Origin: Blastocatellia bacterium
GTDB taxonomy: Bacteria; Acidobacteriota; Blastocatellia; UBA7656
Length of the DNA stretch: 64,000 nucleotides
Assembly: GCA_963765495.1 (NCBI GenBank)
Contig: CAVXWP010000009.1
Coordinates: 640,001 to 704,000 of the forward strand
Direction of reading: 5' to 3'
The notes below the pieces were generated by a model that saw nothing but the letters and a program-made list of their open reading frames with translations, was not told the DNA's origin and did no database searches. Shown here piece by piece: positions 9,574-17,448 of this stretch; position 1 is the stretch's first letter; the number at the start of each line of letters is the position of its first letter. The position numbers were made by a program, and so were the translations under genes.

Positions 9574-9867
9574 ATGAAGACTAACACGGCACCGACCGAC
9601 ATTCAATCACTCACGAACGACTTTTACCCGACCGCTTACAGCCTTCAACTACAGGCCGAAGAATTAGCCGCAGCCGATGACTTTGAAGGCTACAGCGAAT
9701 GGAGCGAAGACATTGAAGCCATCCGATTGGCAGAAGAGGAAGCCAAAGCATGGGAAGGCGCGAAGCCGGTTGTTTTGGATGATGGCGCGCAAGTGCTTAT
9801 CAAGCGCGAATGCGATCATACAGAGTGCTGGGTCCAAGTGCAAGAGATCGGAGAATTGGAGGCATAG
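9574..9867 (+). CDS. Small acidic hypothetical protein (97 aa)
   Basis: GAAAGGA RBS-like sequence upstream; about 23 D/E versus 6 K/R; follows a 13-bp perfect hairpin at 9499-9531. Confidence 0.65.
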   Translation: MKTNTAPTDIQSLTNDFYPTAYSLQLQAEELAAADDFEGYSEWSEDIEAIRLAEEEAKAWEGAKPVVLDDGAQVLIKRECDHTECWVQVQEIGELEA

Positions 9868-9871
9868 AGAT

Positions 9872-10154
9872 ATGAATCTGATTTGTTTTTCTGCAATCAA
9901 GGCAATCGGGCCGGGTGATGTATCAATTTGCATCACCCGGTTTACCGCGCCAAGGAGGCAAGGAAATTGCGCCCGCTCACAAAGATTGCCATGTTGCTTA
10001 TCATTCTAACTCATGGCGACTTCCGCGCATTCGGCCGCATTGGCGGTCAGATCACGCGACAACAAAGCGATGGGCTTTCAATCTTCGCAATGTCCGAACC
10101 CATCCCGCTCACGAAATAAACCGGGCATTCTACACAGCCCATTATTCACACTGA
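9872..10154 (+). pseudogene. Small HNH-like protein broken by several frameshifts
   Basis: Stitched frames read M-N-L-I-C-x-x-C...LHHPVYRAKGGKEIAPAHKDCHVAYH..GDFRAFGRIGGQ...KRWAFNLRNV. Confidence 0.5.
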
Positions 10155-10201
10155 CCAAGCCGGGGCAGGCAATGAGCTTGCCCCACATTGGAGGAAAGAC
10201 C

Positions 10202-10561
10202 ATGAATATTCATCAGATACCAGCAGCAATTGAGAGCAAACAACAGGAGTTGATAACCGACAGTGAAGACCTCGCAATTGTGCGAGAGCAGATCAAAGAT
10301 GCAGAGCTTGAGGCAATCTGCGAAGCGTCCGACGCTCGCAACGAAGACGGAAAGCAAATGTACACAAACGATAAACAACGCGAGCGCGCCGCCCGGCAGA
10401 GCATGAGAGCAGTCGCGCAGTACCAGAGGGACCGTGAGACAGCCCGAATACTTGAGCGCCGGGTTGCCTTGCTCACAGCAGAGATCGAGCGAATGCGCCG
10501 AGATTATCGCATCGCATTGATTGACTACGAACGCGTGCAATTAGGCCAGCGCGCAGCATGA
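10202..10561 (+). CDS. Coiled-coil hypothetical protein
   Basis: RBS GGAGG then ATG 10202; helical charged sequence with YTNDKQR. Confidence 0.7.
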   Translation: MNIHQIPAAIESKQQELITDSEDLAIVREQIKDAELEAICEASDARNEDGKQMYTNDKQRERAARQSMRAVAQYQRDRETARILERRVALLTAEIERMRRDYRIALIDYERVQLGQRAA

Positions 10562-10568
10562 GGTATAA

Positions 10569-10605
10569 CGGGCCGGTTTCAACAAGTAGACCGGCCCGCC
10601 CTTTT
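10569..10605 (+). terminator. Hairpin terminator of early operon
   Basis: CGGGCCGGT...ACCGGCCCG followed by CCCTTTT. Confidence 0.55.
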
Positions 10606-10727
10606 GGGTCAAAGATTACACCTACAACCCCATTCTTATGGTGACATAGACCGCCAAAAGTAGTATGCTCACCAAGCCATCCCCAGGTGGTTTCACTTGC
10701 ATTCGGTTTGCGAGTGAAAGTCTCAAG

Positions 10728-10973
10728 CTACAGATGGAGTCTGATGATTTCCGATAGTGTGCCGATCACAATCCAGACACTTCTCAAGGATGAAACTCCA
10801 CTATCTTCATCCTTATTGATTGGCTGACGACTTGGAGATGTCCCTGGCAGATTATGACCATCATCAGCTACGGCCACAGATTGAAAACTTACGCCTTGAT
10901 TGCTCATAGGCGTAGAAAGGAGGGGAACCGACAACGTGCAGCACAGAGCCGCTATCAAGAATTTTGCTTTCAT
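10728..10973 (-). CDS. 81-aa secreted/membrane peptide: signal peptide, short polar core, C-terminal hydrophobic helix
   Basis: RBS AGAGGT, ATG 10973; MKAKFLIAALCCTLSVPLL...AVA/DDGHNLPGT...VWIVIGTLSEIIRLHL. Confidence 0.65.
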   Translation of the reverse strand: MKAKFLIAALCCTLSVPLLSTPMSNQGVSFQSVAVADDGHNLPGTSPSRQPINKDEDSGVSSLRSVWIVIGTLSEIIRLHL

Positions 10974-11844
10974 ACTTACCTCTGTTAGTAGATTTTCGAG
11001 CTTATCTCTGCAAGACAGAGAGAAGCTGTTGCGTGGGTTGGTTTCTCTCGGAGACACAGCCTATGCACTCCGGCAATGGGACAGGCTGGAAGATGTTGGG
11101 AAAGCACTTGTCAGCCTGCCCCTGCCGGATTCAAAAAAGGCAATTGGATATTACTTCCAAGGACTCGCGGCCAATCCTAAAGCCAAAGGAGATAACCGCA
11201 AAGCCTGCTCGCTATTTGCTCGTGTTATAGACCAAGCCCCGCTTTACTTCCGAGCTAAAGCATTGGTTTCTATCGGCTGCCAAAATATTGCTGCGGGCAA
11301 CTGGCAGCAAGGCTATAACTACAATATCCAAGCTGCGTCATTAGCCACTCAATCGGAAGACTGGCTGACAGTAATCAATGCTCATAGCGCCATAGCAATC
11401 TTGCATTCGTTTGAAGGCGATCATCGCCGCGCCCTTGATAAATTGGAATCGCTATGGCCAATGGTGCGAGCGATCCACCGCGCCAATCCTGTTGCATACC
11501 TGGACTATCTCAACTCATTAGCCATTGAACTCAGCGAAGTAGGCCACACCGATCAGGCCCGCAACGCCATAAACATCGCTCTCAGTTCGTCTTTAGCCGT
11601 TCTCTATCCAGAATGGCACGAAACCGCCCGCGAGATTGAGCAAATCGCATCAGCGCCGGTTATTGTCATAGTTCCTGATCTTCAGCCGGAAACTCAATCT
11701 AAGCCGGAAAAAGTTCTTATCATCCTGCCTGTAGATACTTCGTCTCAGGCATCACCAAAGCTACTGCCCATAGCCTTTGCGATAGTCAGCATATCTGTGC
11801 TGATCTGTAAGAGTCGCCCTGCTCGCGCTCCACCTCTATTTTGA
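10936..11844 (+). CDS. TPR-like helical-repeat protein with hydrophobic tail and terminal RAPP motif
   Basis: RBS AAAGGAGG then GTG 10936; TPR-like repeats (AKALVSIG, AILHSFEGDHRRAL, YLNSLAIELSEVGHTDQA); ends SRPARAPPLF. Confidence 0.75.
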   Translation: MQHRAAIKNFAFILTSVSRFSSLSLQDREKLLRGLVSLGDTAYALRQWDRLEDVGKALVSLPLPDSKKAIGYYFQGLAANPKAKGDNRKACSLFARVIDQAPLYFRAKALVSIGCQNIAAGNWQQGYNYNIQAASLATQSEDWLTVINAHSAIAILHSFEGDHRRALDKLESLWPMVRAIHRANPVAYLDYLNSLAIELSEVGHTDQARNAINIALSSSLAVLYPEWHETAREIEQIASAPVIVIVPDLQPETQSKPEKVLIILPVDTSSQASPKLLPIAFAIVSISVLICKSRPARAPPLF

Positions 11845-12008
11845 AACTTCCTCAAAAATCTAGCCGGTAATCCTGACCGGGCATACCTACACTTATCCCC
11901 GGATAAATATAGGTGTGCTTGATTGTAGAACCGGAGCGGGCCAGTTCCCTGGAAAGTTCTTGACCCGCTCCATCTGTCATAACCGCCAATTAAGGAGGAA
12001 ACGACTGT

Positions 12009-12467
12009 ATGAGTATAGTGGATAAACTTACTTTTGAAGAAACTGACTTGAGCAAATCTCTGTTGGAAACTAAATGTATAGCTGCGCTGGTTGCTCAAAT
12101 TATCGGGGATGAACCCGCAGCTAGTATTCTTACTGCGCCGGGTGATGAGCTTGCGGATTTGCTAATGACAATTCGCAGAGGTATCACTGGCTCACCCGAA
12201 GAAATCCAACGAGCAGTCACAACAATAGATGAGGCTATCGAGTTATGCTTTCTGCATTCTGAGGCATACACGGCCGCATTTGAGCTATTCAAGCTTGAGA
12301 AATCAGGCGAGTTAGTAAGCGACACAACGGCCAGAAGCATTATAAACGAGGCCATAGAACAAGTCGAAATCCACAGCGAAGTATCAGCGAGCAAGAGCGA
12401 ACAGAGCAAGATTGAATCTTTTGAACAGCACGAAGATCACAAAGAAAGGCAAAAAGGGCAAAATTGA
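12009..12467 (+). CDS. Acidic helical hypothetical protein
   Basis: Strong RBS AAGGAGG; 152-aa ORF followed by a long hairpin. Confidence 0.75.
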   Translation: MSIVDKLTFEETDLSKSLLETKCIAALVAQIIGDEPAASILTAPGDELADLLMTIRRGITGSPEEIQRAVTTIDEAIELCFLHSEAYTAAFELFKLEKSGELVSDTTARSIINEAIEQVEIHSEVSASKSEQSKIESFEQHEDHKERQKGQN

Positions 12468-12481
12468 ATCGAGCAGAAAGA

Positions 12482-12522
12482 AATGATCATGGGGCAAGAA
12501 TTGTTCTTGCCCCATTATCATT
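12482..12522. terminator. Long hairpin between convergent units
   Basis: ATGGGGCAAGAA-TTG-TTCTTGCCCCAT with outer AATGAT/ATCATT. Confidence 0.6.
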
Positions 12523-12766
12523 TAATGAAATTCTCACGAATTTTGCCAGCCATATCGGTGTTTGCTTATCTGAGCCATACACCCTTATCACCAGGAGACG
12601 ATGGCTCTATGTCAAGAGTCAAACAAACGTGTAATCTTCAAGTGCTTGCCTCTTTACAGTAATACCAGCAGCACACTGTAAGGAAACAGTAATTGAAATG
12701 AATGCAATCAACTAAAAAAATCCGGGTAATGGTAGCAGCATAAGCCGAAAAGGAATCTTTTCGGCG

Positions 12767-14119
12767 CTATTTTTTCTTACCACAACCACCATCAAGACTA
12801 TCTCGCCATTGTCTGTGCTGCCATGAGAGTTTGCCTTTGTTGAATCTGACTTGCCAAAGATGGAATTGATCCTCTTGATTCTCGTGCTCCAAATCCCAAA
12901 AAGAATGAAGTCCTCCATCCTTCCAAAATTCGTAAACTCCTGCCATGCCATTTACGAACTCTTTCTGCTTAGCTAAGTTTTCAAATTGCTTTCCTATAGC
13001 CTCACGAGAAATGTCCGGGGAGGCTTTGGATAAAACTTGCTTTGCAATCAAAATGGCATCGTGTCCATATGCATAAAAAGAAGGTATATCAGCGTAAGAA
13101 CTATTTTCACGGCTAATGTTATAATAGAAATCTCGCGGTGCACCGAATGGAAATACTCCCCATACACATTCTGCATCATTACCTGCGTCATTAATAAACT
13201 CTTGAGTAGTGCTACCATCACTAACTATTACGATAGGTTTTCCCACAGGAAGTCTCAAACGCTTACGTAGCCTAGTAATTGTGCGAACTAATTGAATAGC
13301 TTTATCCGTCATACCAAAAAGGAGAATGGCATCCAGAGGCGTTTTTTTGTTTAAGAGCATTTGTTCCATCATGTAATCCAAATTGGCTTCATCAAAATCT
13401 TTAATTCTAGGCATGCAGCGGGTTCTTTTAGCTCCTTTCAGGGCTTTGTCAAACTCCCAACAAAGATTTTCTGAATATGCAGCATTATCCTTGTCCTTTA
13501 GAATTAGCAGATTGCATTCTTTGGTGGCGAAAGTATCCCCAAGCCCATTTACTATTTGCGCAGCTTGTTGGTAATTAGAAGGGGGAAGTCGAAGGATAGG
13601 GTAGTTCCAGTTGTCCTTGTTAGGTTTAGTCAAGTCTGTGCTTGTCGCTGCAATTAAGATAACAGGCATTTTATACCGATTGTAAACTGTGAGGGCTTTG
13701 GTCGCAACTTCGCTTTCGACAAAGCCCATCACCATAATATAATTCTCGTCTCTGCAAATGGTTTCAGCAATCTGCTGAGACATCTCTGGTACGTCCTTAT
13801 CGTCGTGTTGGATAAACTGAATATTAATATTCTTGCCCTTCAGTTCATTCAATAAGCCCGAATCTATTGCTGCATCAATACCGGCCTTAATCCCTGCCCA
13901 TGTCTGTTCTTCTTTACCTTTTACAGGGCCGACAAGTGCAATTTTGTATTCACTTAATTTTGGCGTGGGTTTTATGATCTCCCAAACCTTCACTCCGAGT
14001 ACAATGATTGAAGCAGCCAATATGAGAAAACTGAGTAAAGCAATGATCAGTGCCCAAGGCCGACGCTCCTTATATGCTCGCCTTGATTGCTCAAAATAGT
14101 CTTTTAGTTTATCTATCAT
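12767..14119 (-). CDS. Membrane-anchored type I periplasmic-binding-fold protein (LivJ/K-like)
   Basis: N-terminal TM; KIALVGP, DDKDVPE..A, MGFVESEVA, ATSTDLT, LRLPPSNYQQA, AYGHDA motifs. Confidence 0.8.
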   Translation of the reverse strand: MIDKLKDYFEQSRRAYKERRPWALIIALLSFLILAASIIVLGVKVWEIIKPTPKLSEYKIALVGPVKGKEEQTWAGIKAGIDAAIDSGLLNELKGKNINIQFIQHDDKDVPEMSQQIAETICRDENYIMVMGFVESEVATKALTVYNRYKMPVILIAATSTDLTKPNKDNWNYPILRLPPSNYQQAAQIVNGLGDTFATKECNLLILKDKDNAAYSENLCWEFDKALKGAKRTRCMPRIKDFDEANLDYMMEQMLLNKKTPLDAILLFGMTDKAIQLVRTITRLRKRLRLPVGKPIVIVSDGSTTQEFINDAGNDAECVWGVFPFGAPRDFYYNISRENSSYADIPSFYAYGHDAILIAKQVLSKASPDISREAIGKQFENLAKQKEFVNGMAGVYEFWKDGGLHSFWDLEHENQEDQFHLWQVRFNKGKLSWQHRQWRDSLDGGCGKKK

Positions 14120-14233
14120 CTATGCAACCCGATTGGCACAACTATATGTAGTTTCTACCGCAATAGATGAGCTAAGACAAGAGCAGACTCTTCCGAAACT
14201 TCTGAGTAAGGGCGCTTTTGATACTAAAGACTG

Positions 14234-14404
14234 CTAATTTGCTTGACGAGGCTCTTTCCTATTTGGCAAAACAGCCACGTTCTCTTGTCCAACTGGCAAC
14301 CAGATAACCTTCTTTTCTTTTTCGACAGTTGACTTGCTATTCTCTATTTGGCTACCAGCTTGTTGGCTTTGCTTAATTTTGTCTTCATCTTCTCTTGACA
14401 TCAT
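14234..14404 (-). CDS. 56-aa peptide (not in ORF track)
   Basis: GAGG RBS, ATG 14404, TAG 14236-14234; MMSREDEDKIKQSQQAGSQIENSKSTVEKEKKVIWLPVGQENVAVLPNRKEPRQAN. Confidence 0.5.
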   Translation of the reverse strand: MMSREDEDKIKQSQQAGSQIENSKSTVEKEKKVIWLPVGQENVAVLPNRKEPRQAN

Positions 14405-14562
14405 GAAAACCTCAAAGAAATGTTACTACTTTGTTATAGGAGCCGTAAACTGTCAAACTACAGCGGGTTGCAATCGAATGAAGAGACAAGTATGGGAAAT
14501 GCCTGTATCCGTGCAATATGTTGTTGAATCAATCTACTCACTCGTCTGCAACCCGCTGTAAA

Positions 14563-16140
14563 TTAAGAAACTCCCAAAGCGAAAATTTCCGTTTCAAATT
14601 TCTGGATTAAATTAGTAGGCTTGGCTATATCTCCAAGTATTAGTGAAGCAGTCATCAATTCCTCCATCCTGCGATACCGTTTGTCAAGGGACAAAAGATC
14701 ATTAGTTCTTTCCAAAACTGAATAGGCAACATCAATTGGGCTTACATTTTGCTCCTCCCATAGGGATTCTAAAGTTTTCGGATAACAGTAGAAGAGTGTG
14801 AAGAGGCAATGTGCCATATACAGGAATTCTTTCCACTCAGGCTTTGGAACATACCGGGAGTGGAAGGGAAATAAGTCGGGACGTTGGTCCGCATAATCAT
14901 TCTTCTCGACAATATCAGGCACATCAAATAATAGTCTAGTTCGCAAATTATCGCTCTCTATTAGTGATTGATATGCAGCTTTAGCACCAGTGCGGTTGTA
15001 CAAAGTTAGTGTGTTTAGTCTAACTTCCGCCCCGCTGTTTCGAGCCTTCAATGCCATTCTTAGCGTCTCTACTATATCCCCCCCACAGGAATGAGATGGG
15101 GGACTTATCAGAAAAGCACAGGTCGGCAATATACCAGCTTCAGCACATTGGGTCAATTTATAATCAAGCTGTGTTGAATGTTGCAAAAAACTCTTTTGAA
15201 ACGCCTTTTGAGATGACTTGCCAACAGCATCAACACCTGTAAATACAGAGGAACAGCCAGCCCTGGCCATCCAATTTATGACTTTTGCTGTCAACTGAGG
15301 AAATGTTGCATAACAAGTCCAACTCATATCTAATCGAGCAGCTTCTAGTTCTCGGCAGAATTCAATGGCGGAAGAAGAATTATTCAAAAAATTATCTTCT
15401 ACAAAGAATAGGTGATTAATACCCAGTTTCTTAAGGCGATAAATCTCCTCAAGTTTTGTTTCCACATCGAAATCTCTAAAACCGCTATAGTGTGTGGGGC
15501 TATAACAAAAAGTACATTTATATCTACAACCTCGCCCCCCCTCAAAATTGAAAATTCTCAATGGATTTACTTGGAAATACGGCTTCAAATCAACCAAATC
15601 ATAGTCGATGAAAGGCAATTTGCGAAGTCCTATATTTTGCAATTGGCTAGTAAATAGGCTACCTCGACCTTGTAAACCAACTAGCTCTGATACTATATGC
15701 TTTTTGTTCTTAATATGGGCTTCAATTAATTCTTTGAAAGGGGTTTCTCCTTCTCCTTCAATGACGAAATCCACCCAAGGGTATGTGTCCAAGAGGTCGT
15801 TCGCAATGCTAGAGAAATGCGGTCCCCCAAAAACCGTGATGGTGTTTGCCTTCCCTTCTTTTACTAATCGAGCAAGTTCTAACCCTATATGAGAATCAAT
15901 CCCCATCGAAGTGAAGCCATATACATCTGCGTCATGCGCTAGTAATACCTCACTGGCCTTTTGATAAAACGATGAATCCTGAAACTCATCATCAAGGTGA
16001 TAAAGAAGGTTAAAATCCAGAATGCTAACTTCGACGCCCAGATTGCGTGCCACCGTTCCGAGTCTAAGCAACCCTAGTGGTGGACTCAATTCCGTCAAGT
16101 CATAAAGCGATCTGGGAGGATTTACTAAAACAACTTTCAT
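14563..16140 (-). CDS. Cobalamin-binding radical SAM enzyme (class B methyltransferase-like)
   Basis: PPLGL, GGPH and GEGE in the B12-binding domain; GRGCRYKCTFC CxxxCxxC; FVEDNF. Confidence 0.92.
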   Translation of the reverse strand: MKVVLVNPPRSLYDLTELSPPLGLLRLGTVARNLGVEVSILDFNLLYHLDDEFQDSSFYQKASEVLLAHDADVYGFTSMGIDSHIGLELARLVKEGKANTITVFGGPHFSSIANDLLDTYPWVDFVIEGEGETPFKELIEAHIKNKKHIVSELVGLQGRGSLFTSQLQNIGLRKLPFIDYDLVDLKPYFQVNPLRIFNFEGGRGCRYKCTFCYSPTHYSGFRDFDVETKLEEIYRLKKLGINHLFFVEDNFLNNSSSAIEFCRELEAARLDMSWTCYATFPQLTAKVINWMARAGCSSVFTGVDAVGKSSQKAFQKSFLQHSTQLDYKLTQCAEAGILPTCAFLISPPSHSCGGDIVETLRMALKARNSGAEVRLNTLTLYNRTGAKAAYQSLIESDNLRTRLLFDVPDIVEKNDYADQRPDLFPFHSRYVPKPEWKEFLYMAHCLFTLFYCYPKTLESLWEEQNVSPIDVAYSVLERTNDLLSLDKRYRRMEELMTASLILGDIAKPTNLIQKFETEIFALGVS

Positions 16141-16214
16141 AGTATTAGACAGTCTAAGTTTGTTGAAATCCTGGTGGATTGTATCCCACCGTAGTCAACA
16201 TAGCAATAATCCAT
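16137..16214 (-). CDS. 25-aa peptide translationally coupled to the radical SAM gene (not in ORF track)
   Basis: RBS GAAAGGGA, ATG 16214, MDYCYVDYGGIQSTRISTNLDCLIL; TGA overlaps the rSAM ATG (ATGA). Confidence 0.5.
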   Translation of the reverse strand: MDYCYVDYGGIQSTRISTNLDCLIL

Positions 16215-16243
16215 AATTGATCCCTTTCACATAGAATCTTTGT

Positions 16244-16780
16244 TCATTTACTTAATGAGCCGAAATCATCAAGCCTGGCTTCAAGATAACTACGTGTAAG
16301 ATTGCGGTAAGTTGTAGTACCCTTGGCTAACAACCTCAACGCCTCATCAGTAAGTTCCTTCTTTACTATTGCCGGTATACCTGCCGCTAGGAATCATCGC
16401 GGAATTCTTGTGCCCGGCCTGACTACGCTGCCTGCTGCAAGCATGGCTTGTTCTTCCACCACTGTGTTTTCCAGCACAATGGCGCCCATGCCAACAATTG
16501 CGCCTGATTCAATAGTGCAGCCTTCCAGGAGTGCGCCATGCCCAATTGTCACTTCGTCAGCTAATATGGTTGGGTACTCAGGAGAAGTATGGAGTACAGC
16601 ATTGTCTTGAATATTGCTATTGCGGCCTATAGTGATTTTGCCATCATCACCACGCAACACTGCGCCATGCCAAACACTTGAGCCATCGCCAATTACCACG
16701 TCCCCAATTATTACAGCAGTTGGGGCAATGAATACGCCTTTTCCTATTGATGGTCTTTTGCCTTCAAATTCGAAAATCAT
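16244..16780 (-). CDS. Gamma-carbonic anhydrase family (hexapeptide repeat) protein with in-frame TGA at 16394-16396
   Basis: AVLRGD, SNIQDNAVLH, TIGHGALLEGC; the frame continues past TGA as FLAAGIPAIVKKEL...YRNLTRSYL. Confidence 0.85.
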
Positions 16781-17297
16781 ACGCACTCCTTAGTCACTGT
16801 CATTCTTAGCCTAGTATGCTTTGTGAGCAACCTTCGATGCAAGGTGAGAGCAAATAGAACTTAAAATCAAAATCGAACTGCTACAAACGCTTCAAAAGGT
16901 GCTTGGACCCTCTTGTGGGTATAGTATACGGTCAGCAATTTCCGACATTCAAGAATTAAGGTAACTCACTCAACCAGCAAACAATGCGAAATGCCCCTGA
17001 AGAATCCTATAGTCACTATTGATAGACGCATCAGCACACAGATTTTTTGCAAGTATTATTGTCTGGCGGACTCTATAGAGGCTTCAAAAAAGTATGAGAT
17101 GGGAAGGGCCGTTAGAAGATGGAAGGTTGTATTTACCCTGCTCAGATTCTTTGGTATGATGCGGAAGTCCTCGGTGTGTATTATCTCAGGGTATTCACAA
17201 CCTTCCGGTAATCGAGGCTTATTCAGCCACCATATCGGTGTATTGTGCAGATTTTGAAGGAAGCAGCTTACGGCCTGCCAGAGGCAAAAGTAAAGAA

Positions 17298-17415
17298 CCC
17301 CGCCGCAAGCAGCGGGGCTTTGCAGCGGAGCCGGATTATTTATCTGTATCATCTTGGCGATGGCATCGAGCCTGCCGCCAAGATCGTTTATTCATCCCCG
17401 CCGCAAGCAGCGGGG
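17298..17415. repeat. Mini palindromic element: two identical imperfect hairpins flanking a third hairpin
   Basis: CCCCGCCGCAAGCAGCGGGG at 17298-17317 and 17396-17415; ATCTTGGCG/CGCCAAGAT at 17351-17384. Confidence 0.75.
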
Positions 17416-17448
17416 ATTTAAGCGTATTACTAAAACGGTGACTCAAGT

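Noticed and set aside
16394-16396. In-frame TGA in the gamma-CA gene as selenocysteine
   Set aside because: The position is a non-catalytic loop (IPR*FLAAG) where Gly/Arg/Ser is expected and no SECIS was recognised; a point change or sequencing error is simpler
16991-17352. Short ORFs on both strands between gamma-CA and GmrSD
   Set aside because: No convincing RBS or motifs, and one runs through the palindromic repeat
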